The notes under the pieces: model-generated
Database searches by the model: none
What the model was told of the DNA's origin: nothing
Seen by the model: the letters and a program-made list of their open reading frames with translations, nothing else
From: Eledone cirrhosa
Taxonomy: Eukaryota
Direction: 5' to 3'
Assembly: GCA_964016885.1 (NCBI GenBank)
Contig: OZ024742.1
Location: 292,206,001 to 292,270,000 of the forward strand
DNA: 64,000 nucleotides
Translations under genes and position numbers: made by a program
Shown: positions 24,841 to 40,270 of the stretch, one piece after another
Layout of the letters: each line of letters begins with the position of its first letter
Numbering within the stretch: position 1 is the first letter of the stretch

Positions 24841-25645
24841 TAATGTATGAAGCTGAAGTTTTGGCTTTTGAAGTGCTGAGAATATATGTACAAAGAAATA
24901 TATATATATTACATATGTGTGTAAGACAGAAGACTGAGTTGGTATGGAAGTCTGATGTGCATGGAAGATGACAGATGCATACAGAACTTCAGGGAAACCT
25001 GAGTGGCTGGGATACAAAGAATAGGCAGATCCAGGAAAACTTGGGAAGAGGTCGTGTAAACTAACCTTTAAAAAACTAAACCTCACAACAGAAATGACAA
25101 ACGACCGTGAGGGCAGATATTGTGCAATGCTGAAAAAGACCTGACCTGTAGCATTCAATGTGGCCTGACCTACCCCTGCATCCCCACCCTATGCCACCCC
25201 ACCCCCACACACATTCCTAGCCACTGACCACTTGTAATGTGGCTGGTGATGGGACGGGCATCTAGCCATGGAGGGCTTGCCAAACAAAGGGTTGGGAGGA
25301 CCCTTCAGTTATGTCAAGGACATGACAGACTTCCTAGTGCTTGGTGATCGACATGATAATCATACCCAGTACACTCTGTAAAGTGGTTGGTGATAGGAAG
25401 GGCATCCAGCCATAGAAAACTTGGCAAAGGGAGGGCTGGGAGGACCCCTCAGTCATGAAAAGGACATGACAAACTCTCCTATACACTCGATAGAACTAGA
25501 GAGCATACATAAGTGAGACGACAGATCCCTGGCTTGTCTGGGAGATCAGTAGCTGCACCTTGGTACTGATTGGTCTGTGTAGACCCATCCAACTCTTGCT
25601 AGCAGGGAAAGCACCTGTTTAAACAACAATGATAATTATGATGAT
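24841..25645 (+). mobile_element. Older, degenerate RTE-like 3' fragment interrupted by TA tracts
   Basis: Remnants resembling RQ.RL.WYG and GRSRKTWEEVV; tail ggttggtgataggaagggcatccagcc. Confidence 0.6.
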
Positions 25646-25763
25646 ATGTATATTTAACCACCCCTACCCCCACCCACACCACTTCTTTCTCTTGACCCCT
25701 TGCCTGTACGGATACACTTACCCTTCTCTGCCCCCCCTCTCTAATAAACCCTGTTTACTACTA

Positions 25764-25803
<40 letters not shown>

Positions 25804-26524
25804 GTGGTTGGTATTAGGAAGGGCATCCAGCCGTAGAAAACCCGCCAGACAGTCCTATACGAGCAAAACAACCAATCTTGCCTCAAGTGGGACAATTCCC
25901 ATCTAAACCCATGCTAGCATGGAAGATAGACATTAAACAATGATGATGATGATATGTATGTATATATATATATACACACACACAAACACACATATATATA
26001 TACATACATACATACATACATACATACATACATACATACATACATACATACATACATACATACATACATACATGTATAATATACATACAGGAAACTTTAT
26101 TGAAAAGATAGAAACATACAGGTTAAAGGACATGGAGATATCTAGACTACCGTAGGGGGTGGGTTGGGGTAGAGGGTGCAAGAGAGGGGGGGGGGGGGTA
26201 AAATAATAAGGAATAGATAAACAGATACTATATAAATAAAACCTCTTACATATACACTCACACATTTGTACATTTACTGCCATAAATCAGATAAAATCAT
26301 CAGTCCCTATTAATCGTAATAAGTACCATTCAGAAGTATACTGTGAGGAATTAAGTTGCCCTGGTAATAGAGTGGCCATATCAAATATCTTCCACACACA
26401 CACACATATACATGTATATGTGCACTATAAACATAAATATATGTATATATGCACAAACACACGCACACATATTTATACACACACACACACACACATATTT
26501 ATACACACACACACACATATTTAT

Positions 26525-26643
<119 letters not shown>

Positions 26644-26756
26644 CACTCATACATATATCTTAATAAGCATACAGATATGTAAACATATTCCTACATAGAT
26701 ACATAGATACACTTACATAAATATACATATATATATATGCTTATATATATATATAT

Positions 26757-27440
26757 ACAAGGGGACCCCAAAAAGTTGGCTCTGAACACATGTTATGCCA
26801 CTGTATATTCATTTTCTAACCAATCAACCTTAAATTTTAGGACATAACCGATACAACGGCTGAGAAGCCAACAACACACCAATGGGAGCTCCAACCCCAG
26901 GTTTTCTGTGTTAAACACTACTATAAATATGACTCATAAAAGCAGGGCCAGGATGAATTTCATGTAGTTTTTGGAATGGACCAATCTTCTTTCAAAGTCA
27001 GTATACATAAACCGGGTGAAGAAGTCTGAGACCTATGTAGAAGTAGAGAAACTCAATACAATGTCTGAGAATCGTCCTACTTATTCTGGACAACCCATGA
27101 TGCATATACAGGAAGTTATTGACATGGTCTGAGAGTCTGTTGAACAGAGTTCAAACCAATTGGTATGCAGAAGCTAATCCTTGAGTCTCTCCATAGAAAC
27201 TTGCAGTAGGGTTGTCAAAAAGGATCAAGAAGTACTCGTACAAAATATAGACTAAACAAAAGCTTACTGTAGTTGATAAGACCAAGAAAAAAGCTATGGC
27301 TGAGAAAATGCTAGAGAAGATGAAAAATGACCCAATACAATAAACATATGGGTAGCCCCATTATCAAAGAAAGTGGTCATGTTGATGACACAACAAAAAG
27401 CACCAGTCCACCCTGTAAAGTAGTTGTGTTGGTGGCACAA
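26757..27440 (+). mobile_element. Highly decayed IS630-Tc1-mariner-type DNA transposon relic
   Basis: Starts TA-caaggggaccccaaaaag (TIR-like). Residual peptide KKYSYKI.TKQKLTVVDK and PVHPVK resembles Tc1/maT transposases. Confidence 0.4.
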
Positions 27441-27454
27441 GGAAAATGGACATT

Positions 27455-27625
27455 AAAATAATTGTTTCTACTTTTGGCACAAGGCCATCATTTACCTAGT
27501 GTATTACTGGTACTTTATTTTATCGACCCCATAAGGATGAAAGGCAAAGTTAACCTCGGCGGGATTTGAACTCAGAATGGCAAGAGCCGTAACTTTATGT
27601 GTGAAAGCATGGCGTCCGACCCTAA
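27455..27625 (-). mobile_element. tRNA-derived SINE, family A
   Basis: Matches the other family A copies. Confidence 0.78.
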
Positions 27626-28949
27626 TGATGATATATATGTAGTGGATAAGTGGTATTCTTTGTATGGTAGTTTATTGAAAAGAATAATGTCATGATTGAG
27701 TTGTTAACATTTATTTTATAATAACAATATTCACTTTGAACATCGAGTAATAATATTTATGACATGAATTATCCCTACATATTTAGTTGACTAACTTCTA
27801 CGAGTTAGTGTAAATGCATGTATCACAGAAAACGACATAGTAAAAGTTGTGTTGTATCTTACAGACACAATATGACAGGAAGAATAGGGTGAGCGTCGAA
27901 TGTAAACAATATGAACTTACTAGCGTGTGTGTGCCTATTCTTAGTATATAGTCTTCTTCTCAAGGATGCTGCTTCATGTCTGGCTGCCTGGCTGTGTCTG
28001 TGGCCGGTAAGGTGAAACAGTGAGGCCAGGAGAGAGATAGAGTGACTGTTCCTTCGGGTCTGTCTTTGGGTTTCCTAAGTCGTATTTATAATAACCTTAT
28101 AGTTAGAAGGATGTTTATATGAGGTTGATTTATGATCAGCCATGTGGATATTGTTTCCCAAGAAACTGGGGTCACGGGTCAAGTGGTATGTACGTTTATC
28201 ATCGCTGTCTTGACAGGACAATGGTGGGAACTTTCCAATGATGATTAGTCCCAGAAGCGAGAAACCTCAGATTCGGTTTCGCATCTTCGCCGGTAAAACA
28301 GGAGTATTCTGTTATATATATATATATATAGAAAGAGAGAGAGAAAGAGAGACAGATATGAATATGTACATATATATACACACATGATGGCTGCCCCTTC
28401 GTTATCGAGTATGGCCATTGCACGATATACCATCTATTTATTAATTTCAAGAACGTCAGTATTCCGTGTGTCATAATTCTCGATTATCATTGGTTCATAG
28501 GTTTCAAACGACTCCGCCCACCCCAACGATGCCAAACTGAAATTAATATGCATAATGCCATATTAAGTGAGAGGGGAGAGTGTCAACGCTGTGTTCAATA
28601 ACTATTAACATGTGTGCGTGTGCATGTACGTGCGCGTATGTTTATGTGTGTGTGTGCGTGCAGCGTTCCACAGAAAGTAAAAACTATCAACATGTGTGCG
28701 TGTGTGCGTGTGTAAGTTTGCGTGCGTGTGCGCGTTTCCATGCGTGTATGTGTGTGGCGTTCCACAATCGCCACGCAGTTTATCTGTCTGTGTGCCTGTC
28801 TGTCAGTCTAACATACACAGAGTTGTGAAGGGAGTAAATAGGGACCTTTCTTTACATTGACGGACATCTTTTATATTTATTATTGTGTCATTTTTTGACA
28901 ATTGCTCGAAATGAATACTGATAATAAAAGCAATTCGACTTTATCAAAC

Positions 28950-31900
28950 AGTGAACTACAGCGGCGACGGCGTGCAGCCAGCAGTGAAGAAAAACGGGCC
29001 GAACAGCGCCATCGGAACGCCGAACTTCAGAGGCGAAGACGTGCCGCCATGAATGAATAGGAGCTGGCTGAACAACGCCAACGAAACACTGGAGCCAAGC
29101 AGCGACAGCGTGCTGCGATGGTTGAAGACGAACTGGCTGAGCATCATCAGCAGATGGCCAGAATTCAGCAGCAACGGCGTGCTGCGATGGATGAAGAGGA
29201 GCTGGCTGAACAGCGCCAGCGCAATACAGAGGTATAGAGAATGTGTCGCCAAAGTGCTCCTCATTCCAGTAAAGAGGCTAGAAGGCGACCGAATGATATT
29301 AAAAATGGATTATGGCAACCGTGTCATTTTCAGATTGGTGGACGAGCAGAGTGTCCACATTGTGGAGCATTGCTTTGGAGGCACGAAAAGACGTGGACCA
29401 CAATGTGATGTCATAAAGGAGCAGTTCAACTAGAACCCTTGCGAATTCCGGATGATGAGGAGTCACCGGAGTTTAAAATACTAAGTATGTGGGGTGATCA
29501 AAGAGACTGAGGTAGATTACTGCGCAAATATTTGCGGCAAATTAACAATTCATTAGCTTTAGCATCGCAGAGAGTTAGTGAGATGTTTGAGAGTGGAGCA
29601 TGGCAACCGAATGTAGTCATTCAAGGCCGTTTGTATCATTGTATCGGTAATTTAGAAGTTACCCCAGGAGAGGGGCCTCGATTCGCTCAAATTTACGTTA
29701 ACGATCCAGATTATAGTGAATCGGAGGAGGATATCAGGATCGGTTGGATGAAGTTGCCGGGAAATATAACTGATCTTGAACGGCAAAGGTTAAGTGATTT
29801 GATCCGTGATTTGCAATCATGGCTTAGACAGTGTAATCCTTATGTTATGGATTTCATGTTGGTGGCTGAACTGCAAAATGTTCAGCAGCAAACATTGGTG
29901 ATTAAGGCTGACGCAGTGCCAAGGAATCAACACGAACGGCGATATAATGCCCCTGAAGGATTTCGTGAAGCTGCTGTGTTGATAGACGATAAGCCTGGAT
30001 CGAGAGATATCGTCCTCAATCGCAGAGATGGTGGTCTCAAGACAATCAATGAGTCAAATAGGGCATACGATCCATTGCATTATGTTCTTTTATTCCCAAA
30101 AGGTGAAAATGGATGGAACATGTCTGTTCATTTAGATGATCATGAGAATCAGCATCAATAGGGAGGTGGCAATAGACACAAGAATTCGATTCGCGACTTT
30201 TATTTCAAGCCAGCAGATTGTTCCAGGAATACTGTTGTATGGCATTCGCAAAGATCGAAAATCAAAGGCTAAATTATATAGCTACACATCAGCAACATAT
30301 CAGAGTTGAATTGTATAATATACAGGATGCGATAACAGCCGATGATGCCAATTACAAGCAAATTGGTCGACGCATCATTTTGCCATCATCATTCATCGGC
30401 GGCCCGAGATATATGAATATTCACTATCAGGATGCAATGGGGCTATTGTCAGAAAGTTTGGAAAGCCAGATTTGTTTTTAACGGTTACATGCAATCCTGA
30501 ATGGACTGATATTAAAGATGCACTTTTGCCAAAGGACCGTCCTGATATTGTGGCAAGAGTATTCAAAGGATATCTGAAAAAGATAATGGATGATGTGGAA
30601 AAAGAGGGAATCTTTGGAGGTATAGTTGCTTTTACATACGTAAGTGAATTCCAAAAAAGACAATTGCCACATGCACATTTGCTGATCATTTTACATAGAG
30701 ATTGCAAATTGAGATGTGCTGAGGATGTCGACAGCATTGTGTGTGCTGAACTGCCGGAGAATGAGGCACTATGCAACTTGGTGACAAAGTCAATGGTGCA
30801 CAACCAATGCGGAGTGGAAAATCGGAAAGCGCCTTGCATGAAAAATGGTCAATGCAGTAAGCAATTTCCGAAATCTTTTGTCACGAACACTTCCTGGAAC
30901 GATGGGGATGCTCATCCCTCAAACAGAAGACGGTCGCCTGCCGATGGCGGCTTGGTCGAAAATGTAAACGGTCGACAAGTTACAAAACAATGGGTTGTGC
31001 CATACAATCCATATTTGATTATGAAATATCGTTGTCATATTAATGTGGAAATTTGTAGCTCAGTGAAAGCTTGCAAATATCTATTCAAATATGTTTACAA
31101 AGGTCATGATCGGGCAATCATCAATGTCAGGAATGAGGAAGCGAACCAAGGAGATGAAGTTGGCAGGTTCCAGGATGTTCGCTCGATTGGATCTAGCGAA
31201 GCTTGCTGGAGATTGTTCGATTTTGATCTCAATGAACGCAAACCCAGCGTTCGGAAACTGACGGTTCACTTAGAGAATAGGCAAATGGTCTGTTTTCAGG
31301 ACACTAGAAGAGGTGTCGAAAGAATTGCTAAGACGGAATTGACTGAGTGGTTCAAGCATAATAAGGAACATGCTTTGAACCCGTATCAAAGGCAACTCTA
31401 CTGCGATTTCCCTTTGCACTATACGTGGGATAAGAAGGGAAAGAAATGGAATGATAGAAAACAAAAGTTGAGATTCATGACTATTGGACGGGTTTGTAAT
31501 GTCCATCCAGCATCTGGTGATGTGTTTTATCTCCGAATTCTGTTGCATAATGATTTTTCGAGAGGTAAACAGAGCTTCGCTGATTTGAAAACAATCAATG
31601 GCGTGGAATATGAAACATACCAGGCTGTGTGTCAGCATCTGGGACTCCTTTAGGATGACGCTGAATGGAATAACACCATGGAAGCTGCATCTGTATGCCA
31701 GCTCAAATAAGGCAGTTGTTTGTCACGATTCTAGGATTCTGCAATCCTGCCGATCCAAGAGAGTTACTTGAACGCCATTGGGGAATTATGGCTGATGATT
31801 TTAGGCATCATCTTCAGGTCGATGATGAACATTTGATGAAAGCTATTGTTTTCCTCAATATTGAGCAAATGCTTGAAGTTCATTTGAAATGTTTAACAGA

Positions 31901-33424
31901 TTTCAATTTGCCAATTCCTGATGAAGAAATGCGGCAACGTATCTTAGCATTGAACATGAGATTGCAGCTTAGACGGTTGCCACTCGATCGGAGGGAACTA
32001 TTCCAGTTTGATCCACTGGAACAGCAACGTATTGTGGATGAACGTATGCCAATGTTGACCGAATCTCAGAGAGGATTGGTCGATGGCGTTCTCCACTCGA
32101 TTTCCACTAATGAGCAACTTTGTGCTTTCATAGAAACTCCAGGAGGCACCGGAAAGACATTCTGTTTCAATACTATGTTATCGGCAGTCAGAGCTCAGAG
32201 GAAGATTGCTCTTCCTGTGGTCACCAGTGCTACCGCTGCCACTTTGCTGAGTGGTGGAAGGACCTTCCACTCATGCTTCAAGGCTCCATTGGCTCCGGAT
32301 GAGTTGAGTGTCTGTAACATTACAGGACAAAGTGAACTCGCGGGCCTTATACGCAATACGTCTCTGATTATTTGGGACGAGGCTCCAATGGCACACAGAT
32401 ATTTGCTGGAGGCATTGGACAGAACTTTGAGAGATATCTGCGGTAGTGACCTGCCATTCGGTGGTAAGACTATCGTTCTTGGTGGCGATTTCAGACAGGT
32501 GCAATCAATTGTTAGGAATGCTCAAAGAGCGCAAATTGTCGATGCATGTCTGAAAAAGTCCCCGTTGTAGCGCCATTTCAGAGTTTTGCGATTACACGAT
32601 AATATGCGACTTCGTATATTCGGGCAAAACGAAGAGACTGAGACATACGGCCGATGGTTGATGCAGTTGGGAAACGATGAATTGCCACACGTTGGTGATA
32701 ATCAGATTGTAAGAATCCCAGACCATTTGGTCATGCCACTGGACCGCCAAGCATTGATTGACTGGGTGTTCCCTAATTTGAATGCTTTTTGGCAGAATAT
32801 CTCCTGGATATGGGAACGCATTATTCTAACTCATACGAATGCAACGGTCGATGAAATAAATTCACAAGTAGCCGAAATGTTTCCTGGAGAGGAATGGTTG
32901 ACCGTCAGTGCGGATGCATTGGAGCTTAATCAACAGAACAATATGGATGTTCCGACTGAGTATCTGAATTCATTCAAATACCCGGATTTCCCCCACATAT
33001 TTTGAGGTTGAAAAAGGGTATGCCGATTATATTGCTTAGAAATATCAATCATAAAATGGGTCTTTGCAATGGCACCAGATTGATTGTTGAGAGATTGATT
33101 AACGGAAGAGTTTTAGAAGCTAAACTCCTAGGCAGAGAGAATCGGTTCTCATTCCGAGGATCATGCTGAGACCAAGTGAAGATCTGCTGCCATTCATTTG
33201 GCAAAGGAGACAGTTTCCCCTCAATTTGGCCTTCTCCATGACTGCCAACAAGGCACAGGGACAGACTTTCAAGCGAGTCGGTGTCTACTTGAATGATCCA
33301 GCATTCAGCCATGGGCAACTGTATGTTGTGCATCTCGAGTGTGCGATCCTGATGGTATAAAATTTGCAATTGATACCACTAACAGAGGAACAACCCTGAA
33401 TATTGTCTATAATGAAGCTTTGAG
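28950..33424 (+). pseudogene. Helitron RepHel protein (HUH Rep endonuclease + Pif1-like SF1 helicase), multiple stops and frameshifts
   Basis: YDPLHYVLLFPKGENGW, RIILPSSFIGGPRYM, FLTVTCNPEW, EFQKRQLPHAHLLI (HUH), KYLFKYVYKGHD; ETPGGTGKTF (Walker A), IIWDEAPM (Walker B), LGGDFRQ, MTANKAQGQT, FSHGQLYV. Confidence 0.93.
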
Positions 33425-33980
33425 CTGATGTATGCATATCTTTAATGCTCTCAATAAGCGACGTAAATGATTCGGACATTGGTGTCCTTTGATCAGTATT
33501 GTGAGCTTTGACAGAGTTATCATTTATGTTTAATGTAATTTATTGTCGATAATGAGCAATAAAAACCAACAAGTATTGGTAGAAATTGCCTTCAAATTTA
33601 TCGCTTCTGATTGCAGTGGTAATAAAACCTCATCATATGCTGAGTCTGGCAAAAAGTTTGGTGCCTATGGCCGGCCAGGGCTAGAGTAATATTGAAAAAC
33701 GATTCTATTTTCGAAGTAGAAGGATCCGCCATTTGGAGGTCAAACCAGGCCACCTCCCCGAGTTGAACTCTGGGCAATATTGACTCTCTATTACTCAGTG
33801 GCTAAGACCTGGAAATTACTGAATAAATTTTTGTGTCATATAATTTGTTGTTTTATTATTATAGCTGACCACTTATAGATAAGCATGTTATCCATATCCA
33901 TATTAATTTGGCATTTGTATAAACCATTTCAAGTAAATAGCGACCTTTATTACATTGACGGACATCTTTTATATTAATTA

Positions 33981-34334
33981 TCTATATCTATATCTACATA
34001 TAATATAAAAGATTGGAACTTCCATCATCCTTTTGAGAAACGTGGAACAACCACGTCTATGCAATGATACACGTTTTACAGTCAGGCAGAAGATGAACCA
34101 TCTCCTAGAGGTCACTATTCTAGGTGCGAGCACCTAGAATTGTTCATATACTATGCACAAACGGTACAACGAAGAATCTGGTATATCTGGAAGATTTTTT
34201 TTACTGTTTTTTGTATCACACAGACAACACGGACTCGCCTCACCCTGTAACCAGACAAACATCCAATACAGTCATTTTTTACCTGTCTTCTCTTATCATC
34301 TGTTTACCCAGGCCAAGCAGGGTACGTCAGCTAG
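33981..34334 (+). mobile_element. Short non-autonomous Helitron-like unit forming the 3' terminus
   Basis: Starts A|TCTATATCTATATCTACATATAATATAAAA (Helitron-like 5' TC start); contains a helicase C-terminal remnant (TKNLVY.E); ends hairpin + CTAG|T. Confidence 0.6.
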
Positions 34335-35094
34335 TTATTAATAATTATTAATTAATTCTATCGTGCAATGCCTGTGTATGAAGATATTTTTTAAAGTGAG
34401 GAAAGACTGTGCACTGAGCCAATCCCACTTTCTGAGCGACAGTAGCTATAACCCGAAAAGAAGAAAAGATCAACATCATCAGTAACTACTGAGCCACATG
34501 TTTTATATCGGAGTTATCCTAATTTCCTGAGTTGCCTCCTAGAAGAATGCCCTGACAAAGGCAAAGGTCCTTCACTCCCAGTGGTTTAACCGCGCGGTAC
34601 ATGTGTATATACATATTTACACACTTTCGGATGGCCGTTGACTCTTATGAGTTCTTCCGCCCTTTGTCAGGTTTTGTTTTTTGTTCTGCAGGGTGTCCAA
34701 AATCACCCTCCTCACCAAGTAAACTGGATGGGGTTGCCAGTTTAGTCTCCGGTGACCCGACCATGCGACAGGTTGTACTGGGTTACATATTACCAGTAGC
34801 ACTCAAGAGTGACCCGACATATATATGACACACACACACACACATACATATGTTCACCGAATCACATGCAAACATGGGTACAAACATAAACATAAAAGTA
34901 TAAATAGTTGCACCCTTATTTTAACATACATATACATGCAGCTACATTTCCATGTGAAGACATGTCCAAATAGAAAAATATATATGTACACATATATTTT
35001 TTTTTTTTTTTTGGATCGATCGACTTTCGTCAAATCGGACCGAGGAAACAATGTTTTCGTCGGTCTTTCCATTGCTAATACTATCTATCGGTCG

Positions 35095-35230
35095 CAACTC
35101 CAGGTAGAAGGAGCAACGTGAAATAAAGTGTCTTGCTCAAGGACATAACGCATCGCCCAGTCCAGGAATCGAACTCACAATCTGAAGATTGTGAATCCAA
35201 TTCTCTAACCACTCAGCCACACGCCTTCAC
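35095..35230 (-). mobile_element. tRNA-derived SINE related to family B
   Basis: Minus strand: gtgtggctgagtggttagag...gagttcgattcc...gtccttgagcaagacacttt. Confidence 0.7.
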
Positions 35231-35381
35231 ATATATATTAGACCAAAATATACAAACATGCACAAACTAATTGAATGCATGTCATCATAGATATGTACAT
35301 ACATCAATATAGATACATACTTTTACACACACACACACACATACATACATACATACATACATACATACATACATACATACA

Positions 35382-35512
<131 letters not shown>

Positions 35513-35739
35513 TTTTCCTATCTTTGCGTTGCTATCAATCCTTCTATGTTTGTTTACTTGTCTCGCCCGCTTTACGCGATTTACTTGTCCCAATAGCTTT
35601 ATTTAGCTATTGCTCGCACCAACCGGAGGTATATGATTTTTAAAGCGATGAAATACCAATGAAGGTTGGAAAGTCACTGACGAACGACTATTTTTATCAT
35701 ATGTAACCCATGTGCAACCACGCAGTATTCTTTCTTCTC

Positions 35740-35786
<47 letters not shown>

Positions 35787-36012
35787 GTTTGTCTACAACG
35801 TAACTCATGCAAAAAGACCAGACAATAAAATACACAGATTCTAGCTGTTATTCTCTATGTAGTTGTTGTTCGTACTATAGATGTTTGCTTACTTATTCTT
35901 CTTTGTTCTGTCTATTTCTTCGTTATATATATATAACTGGATAGTCCAGTGAATTTCCAACCGATAAGGTATGATTTTCATGGGTATGTCTCTATTTATA
36001 AAACAAACTTTG

Positions 36013-36077
36013 TATTTTATCTGATGAAAGCGTACCAATGTTGTCTTGGTTGCCCTTGAAATATATATAATGAAATA
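36013..36077 (+). ncRNA. Type I hammerhead ribozyme (same family as 54575-54639)
   Basis: attttat-CTGATGA-aagcgtacca...tggttgccctt-GAAA-tatata-TA-atgaaat. Confidence 0.72.
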
Positions 36078-36211
36078 AATATGGTTTTAAAATACAGTTT
36101 CCATTTATTTAATATCATTGAATATTTACTCCAGTAAATCTGTTGAGTGCTCTAAATCAGTTATAAACATTTATGTTTGTCGGACTTCCAACAAATTAAA
36201 TACAACTTCTA

Positions 36212-36270
<59 letters not shown>

Positions 36271-36385
36271 ATACATGCTTTTGTGTGATTGTATAGAGAT
36301 CTATGTATGCATATATGCATATGAATTGATTTGCTTAATATTTTACACTTTTATATGTATGTATATGAGTATATATATATATGTT

Positions 36386-36418
<33 letters not shown>

Positions 36419-36419
<1 letters not shown>

Positions 36420-37322
36420 CAGGGAGTGTAACTTGGAGTTACTGTAGGTTCCCCCATGTGAGCACTCGATGTTTAGGTTCACTTCTGTGACGAGGTGTAG
36501 AGCTAGACAGAGTGTATTATAGTGAAAAGATAACAAGGACGATTGGTTACTCCTTCATTACATTTATTGGTTGGGGACGCGCGTTTCGCCACTGATCAGC
36601 TCAAGGTTCGATCTGTATCGATCTTACCTGACTCTGTAATCTGCAGCTCGACGGACCCCTTGAAATGCTAGTGGAAAATGAATACATGCTATATGATAAA
36701 GTCAGAAGTTCATATGTTGGTCAATAAAGTTTGTTTTGATTGGTGGAATAGTTCATAGGGATGTTTTTGCCTGTGGTGCATTTGGGGGTGGATGTGATGA
36801 TAAGATGGTGGTCATGGTCGCAGGCTGAGGTTGGCGGTGGTGTGGGGGTGGTGGATTGTCGGTAGACAGATTGGCGTATATTTGTGACTGATTTTTGTGT
36901 GTGGTGTGGGTGTGGTGTTGTTGTTTATGGTAATGGTGTTTATGGTGGTGTGATGGATGTGTAGGTGGTGTCAAATTCAATAAGGGGATACATACATAGA
37001 CACATTTAGTCTGACAAAAACGTTGTATACATACACAGGTTATGCCTGGCCGAGGCGGCTGAGATAATTAAATTAAAATCTGCCACAAATATATAGGTCG
37101 GGCATAATTATCAATTGTAGACACACCAGGTTGAACACCTTCTCTGCACAAACATTCGGCCGAGGGCCGCACACTAACCATGACTCAACATAGTAATAAC
37201 CACCTTTGCCTTGCCTCACCGTCCCTCATCTCAGTGCATTTGTTTTATAACATGTAACCCTTTGTAAGTTCAAATTTTGAATGTATTCATGTATTCATTT
37301 TCCACTAGCATTTCAAGGGGTC

Positions 37323-37323
<1 letters not shown>
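36419..37323 (-). mobile_element. pLTR-type fragment with degenerate HHR and inverted terminal segment
   Basis: HHR-like 36573-36659 (core CCGTCGA, GAAA-cgcgcg-TC). 36653-36688 is the reverse complement of 37288-37323. Confidence 0.6.
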
Positions 37324-38267
<944 letters not shown>

Positions 38268-38879
38268 TATATTAATATGGATGCATATGTATGTGCATAT
38301 ATGGGTATGTGTGCATATATATATATATACATAGTTGCATAGCATGTTCTGTGACTAAACCAGTTGGACAACTAGATCTTGCTCATACTTTCCAGTTTAG
38401 CATAGGTTTTACAAGTTGATGCCCTTCCTAACACCAACCACCTCTACAGAATGTACTGGGGGCATTTTTTATGGCATCAGCACTTGCACTTTATAAAATG
38501 AGCTAAGTGAATTTTAATGTGGCACCAGTACTATCACATTACAGAGTGTATCAGGCATATGTTTTTGTTACACCAGCTCTGTCACTTTACAGACTGTACT
38601 AGGGTATATTTTATCATGACATCAACATTAGAGAGGTTGTCAAGTCCATGACAGGACAAAAAGTTCCTCTCTACGCAGTGTAGTTTCAATTTTGTTCAAC
38701 TACTATATTACAGGGAATATTGTGTGTGCATTATCATGATACAAATCCTAGAGAGGTTGTCTCATTCACAGCAAGTTAAAGAGACCTTTCCACCTTTCCA
38801 CTCCATGTAATCACCGATCTCTCACCACATTTGCTTTCAGCATCACAATGCTAAAAGTCATCATCATCATCATTATTTA

Positions 38880-39060
38880 CAGTATCGGTAGAGCGTCAGA
38901 TGCCATGCTTTGCAGCATAGAGTTATAGCTCTTTACTTTCTGCGTTCAAATACCGCCGAGGTTAACTTTGCCTTTCATCCTTATTGGGTTGATAAAATAA
39001 AGCACCAGTAATGTACTGGGGTAATTGCTGGCCATGTGCCAAAAGTAGAAACAATTATTT
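38880..39060 (+). mobile_element. tRNA-derived SINE, family A
   Basis: cagtatcggtagagcgtcagatgcc...gttcaaataccgccgagg...gtagaaacaattatt. Confidence 0.78.
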
Positions 39061-40270
39061 AATGTCTGTTTTCCCTACTACCAGTTGTTATATGGGTTGT
39101 CACAGACTTAGTCAGTACTTAACCAGAGCTACTGATCTCTCAGATGGATTGGAGGCTGCATCTCACATTTATGTACTTTACAGAATGAGCTGGGTGCATT
39201 TTATCATCACACCAGAACTAGGGAAGTTGTCATGTATTTGATATAACTGAAAGGTCCTCTCAACCCTTTATTTGACAAATTTTCTATGGCTGGTTGACCT
39301 TCCTATCTCCAAATGTGCTCCAGAATGTACTGGTATCTTTTTATTGTGGCACCAACATTAGAGAGGTTGAAATGTATATATATGAAATAAAAATGTTTCT
39401 TAATTAGATTTGAGAAGCAAAAGAAAAAAAATTTCTTTAATATAATTCTTGTAATAAATGAAACACCATCTCTGTCTGTGTTTAACAAACATTAATTCTG
39501 CTGTCTTAATGACTGTTTTTACCAAAAGAATCTGTTTTTGTTTTCTTTTTTATTGGTTGCTGCCAACAAAGTTTGTCATGTGAATATTTTCACACTACTC
39601 CTACTTTGATATCTTCCATCCCCAGGCACATAGCACATCACTTGAATTCTCTTCCACACGTTTTTCTTTCGTAATCATCATTATCATCACTTTCATCACC
39701 ACCATCATCATTACCACCATCATTTATTTATAGTGATCAACAGATGTAAGTTTCTTTCTGTGTTTGGATATCCACTTTTTAAAATTTTAAATCACCCAAG
39801 TGCCTCAACAGACCATAAGACTTATATCTATATATACTCTATTACATGTTCCAGCCAAGGGGCTGAGGCCATTTATGTTGTGTGGTCATTCAGGTTATCA
39901 AACCATGATGTAATAAAGTTAAATCATCCATCATAAATGTGGTATCTCATGGTTGGTGTGGGGATGAATTTAAATATTTATTTAAAAGACAACAGAAGGC
40001 AGGACTTAAAATATTCTTTTAGTGTTGCAAAATCACAATATGTACTGTAAAGTGGTCATTTTGGTGTCACGACAAAAAGCACCTGGTACACACTATAAAT
40101 GAGGTTGGCATTAGGAAGGGCATCCAGCCATAGAAACCAAGCTAAAATCAGTTCTATATGAGCAAGACACAGTCAACTGATCTGGCTTGTCTTGCAATAA
40201 GTCAACTTGTCTAACCCATGCTTTGGATGGATGTTAAACAGTGATAATAATGATGACAAACAAACATACA

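Larger units (their letters stand above)
28315..34334 (+). mobile_element. Helitron, decayed autonomous type; 5' boundary uncertain
   Basis: RepHel ORF fragments 28950-33420; 3' subterminal hairpin taccc-aggccaagca-gggta then CTAG (34331-34334) followed by T. Confidence 0.85.

Noticed and set aside
28230-28285. ATGATGA...GAAA hammerhead-like words
   Set aside because: No convincing stem II and position 3 is wrong; only a local hairpin is evident.
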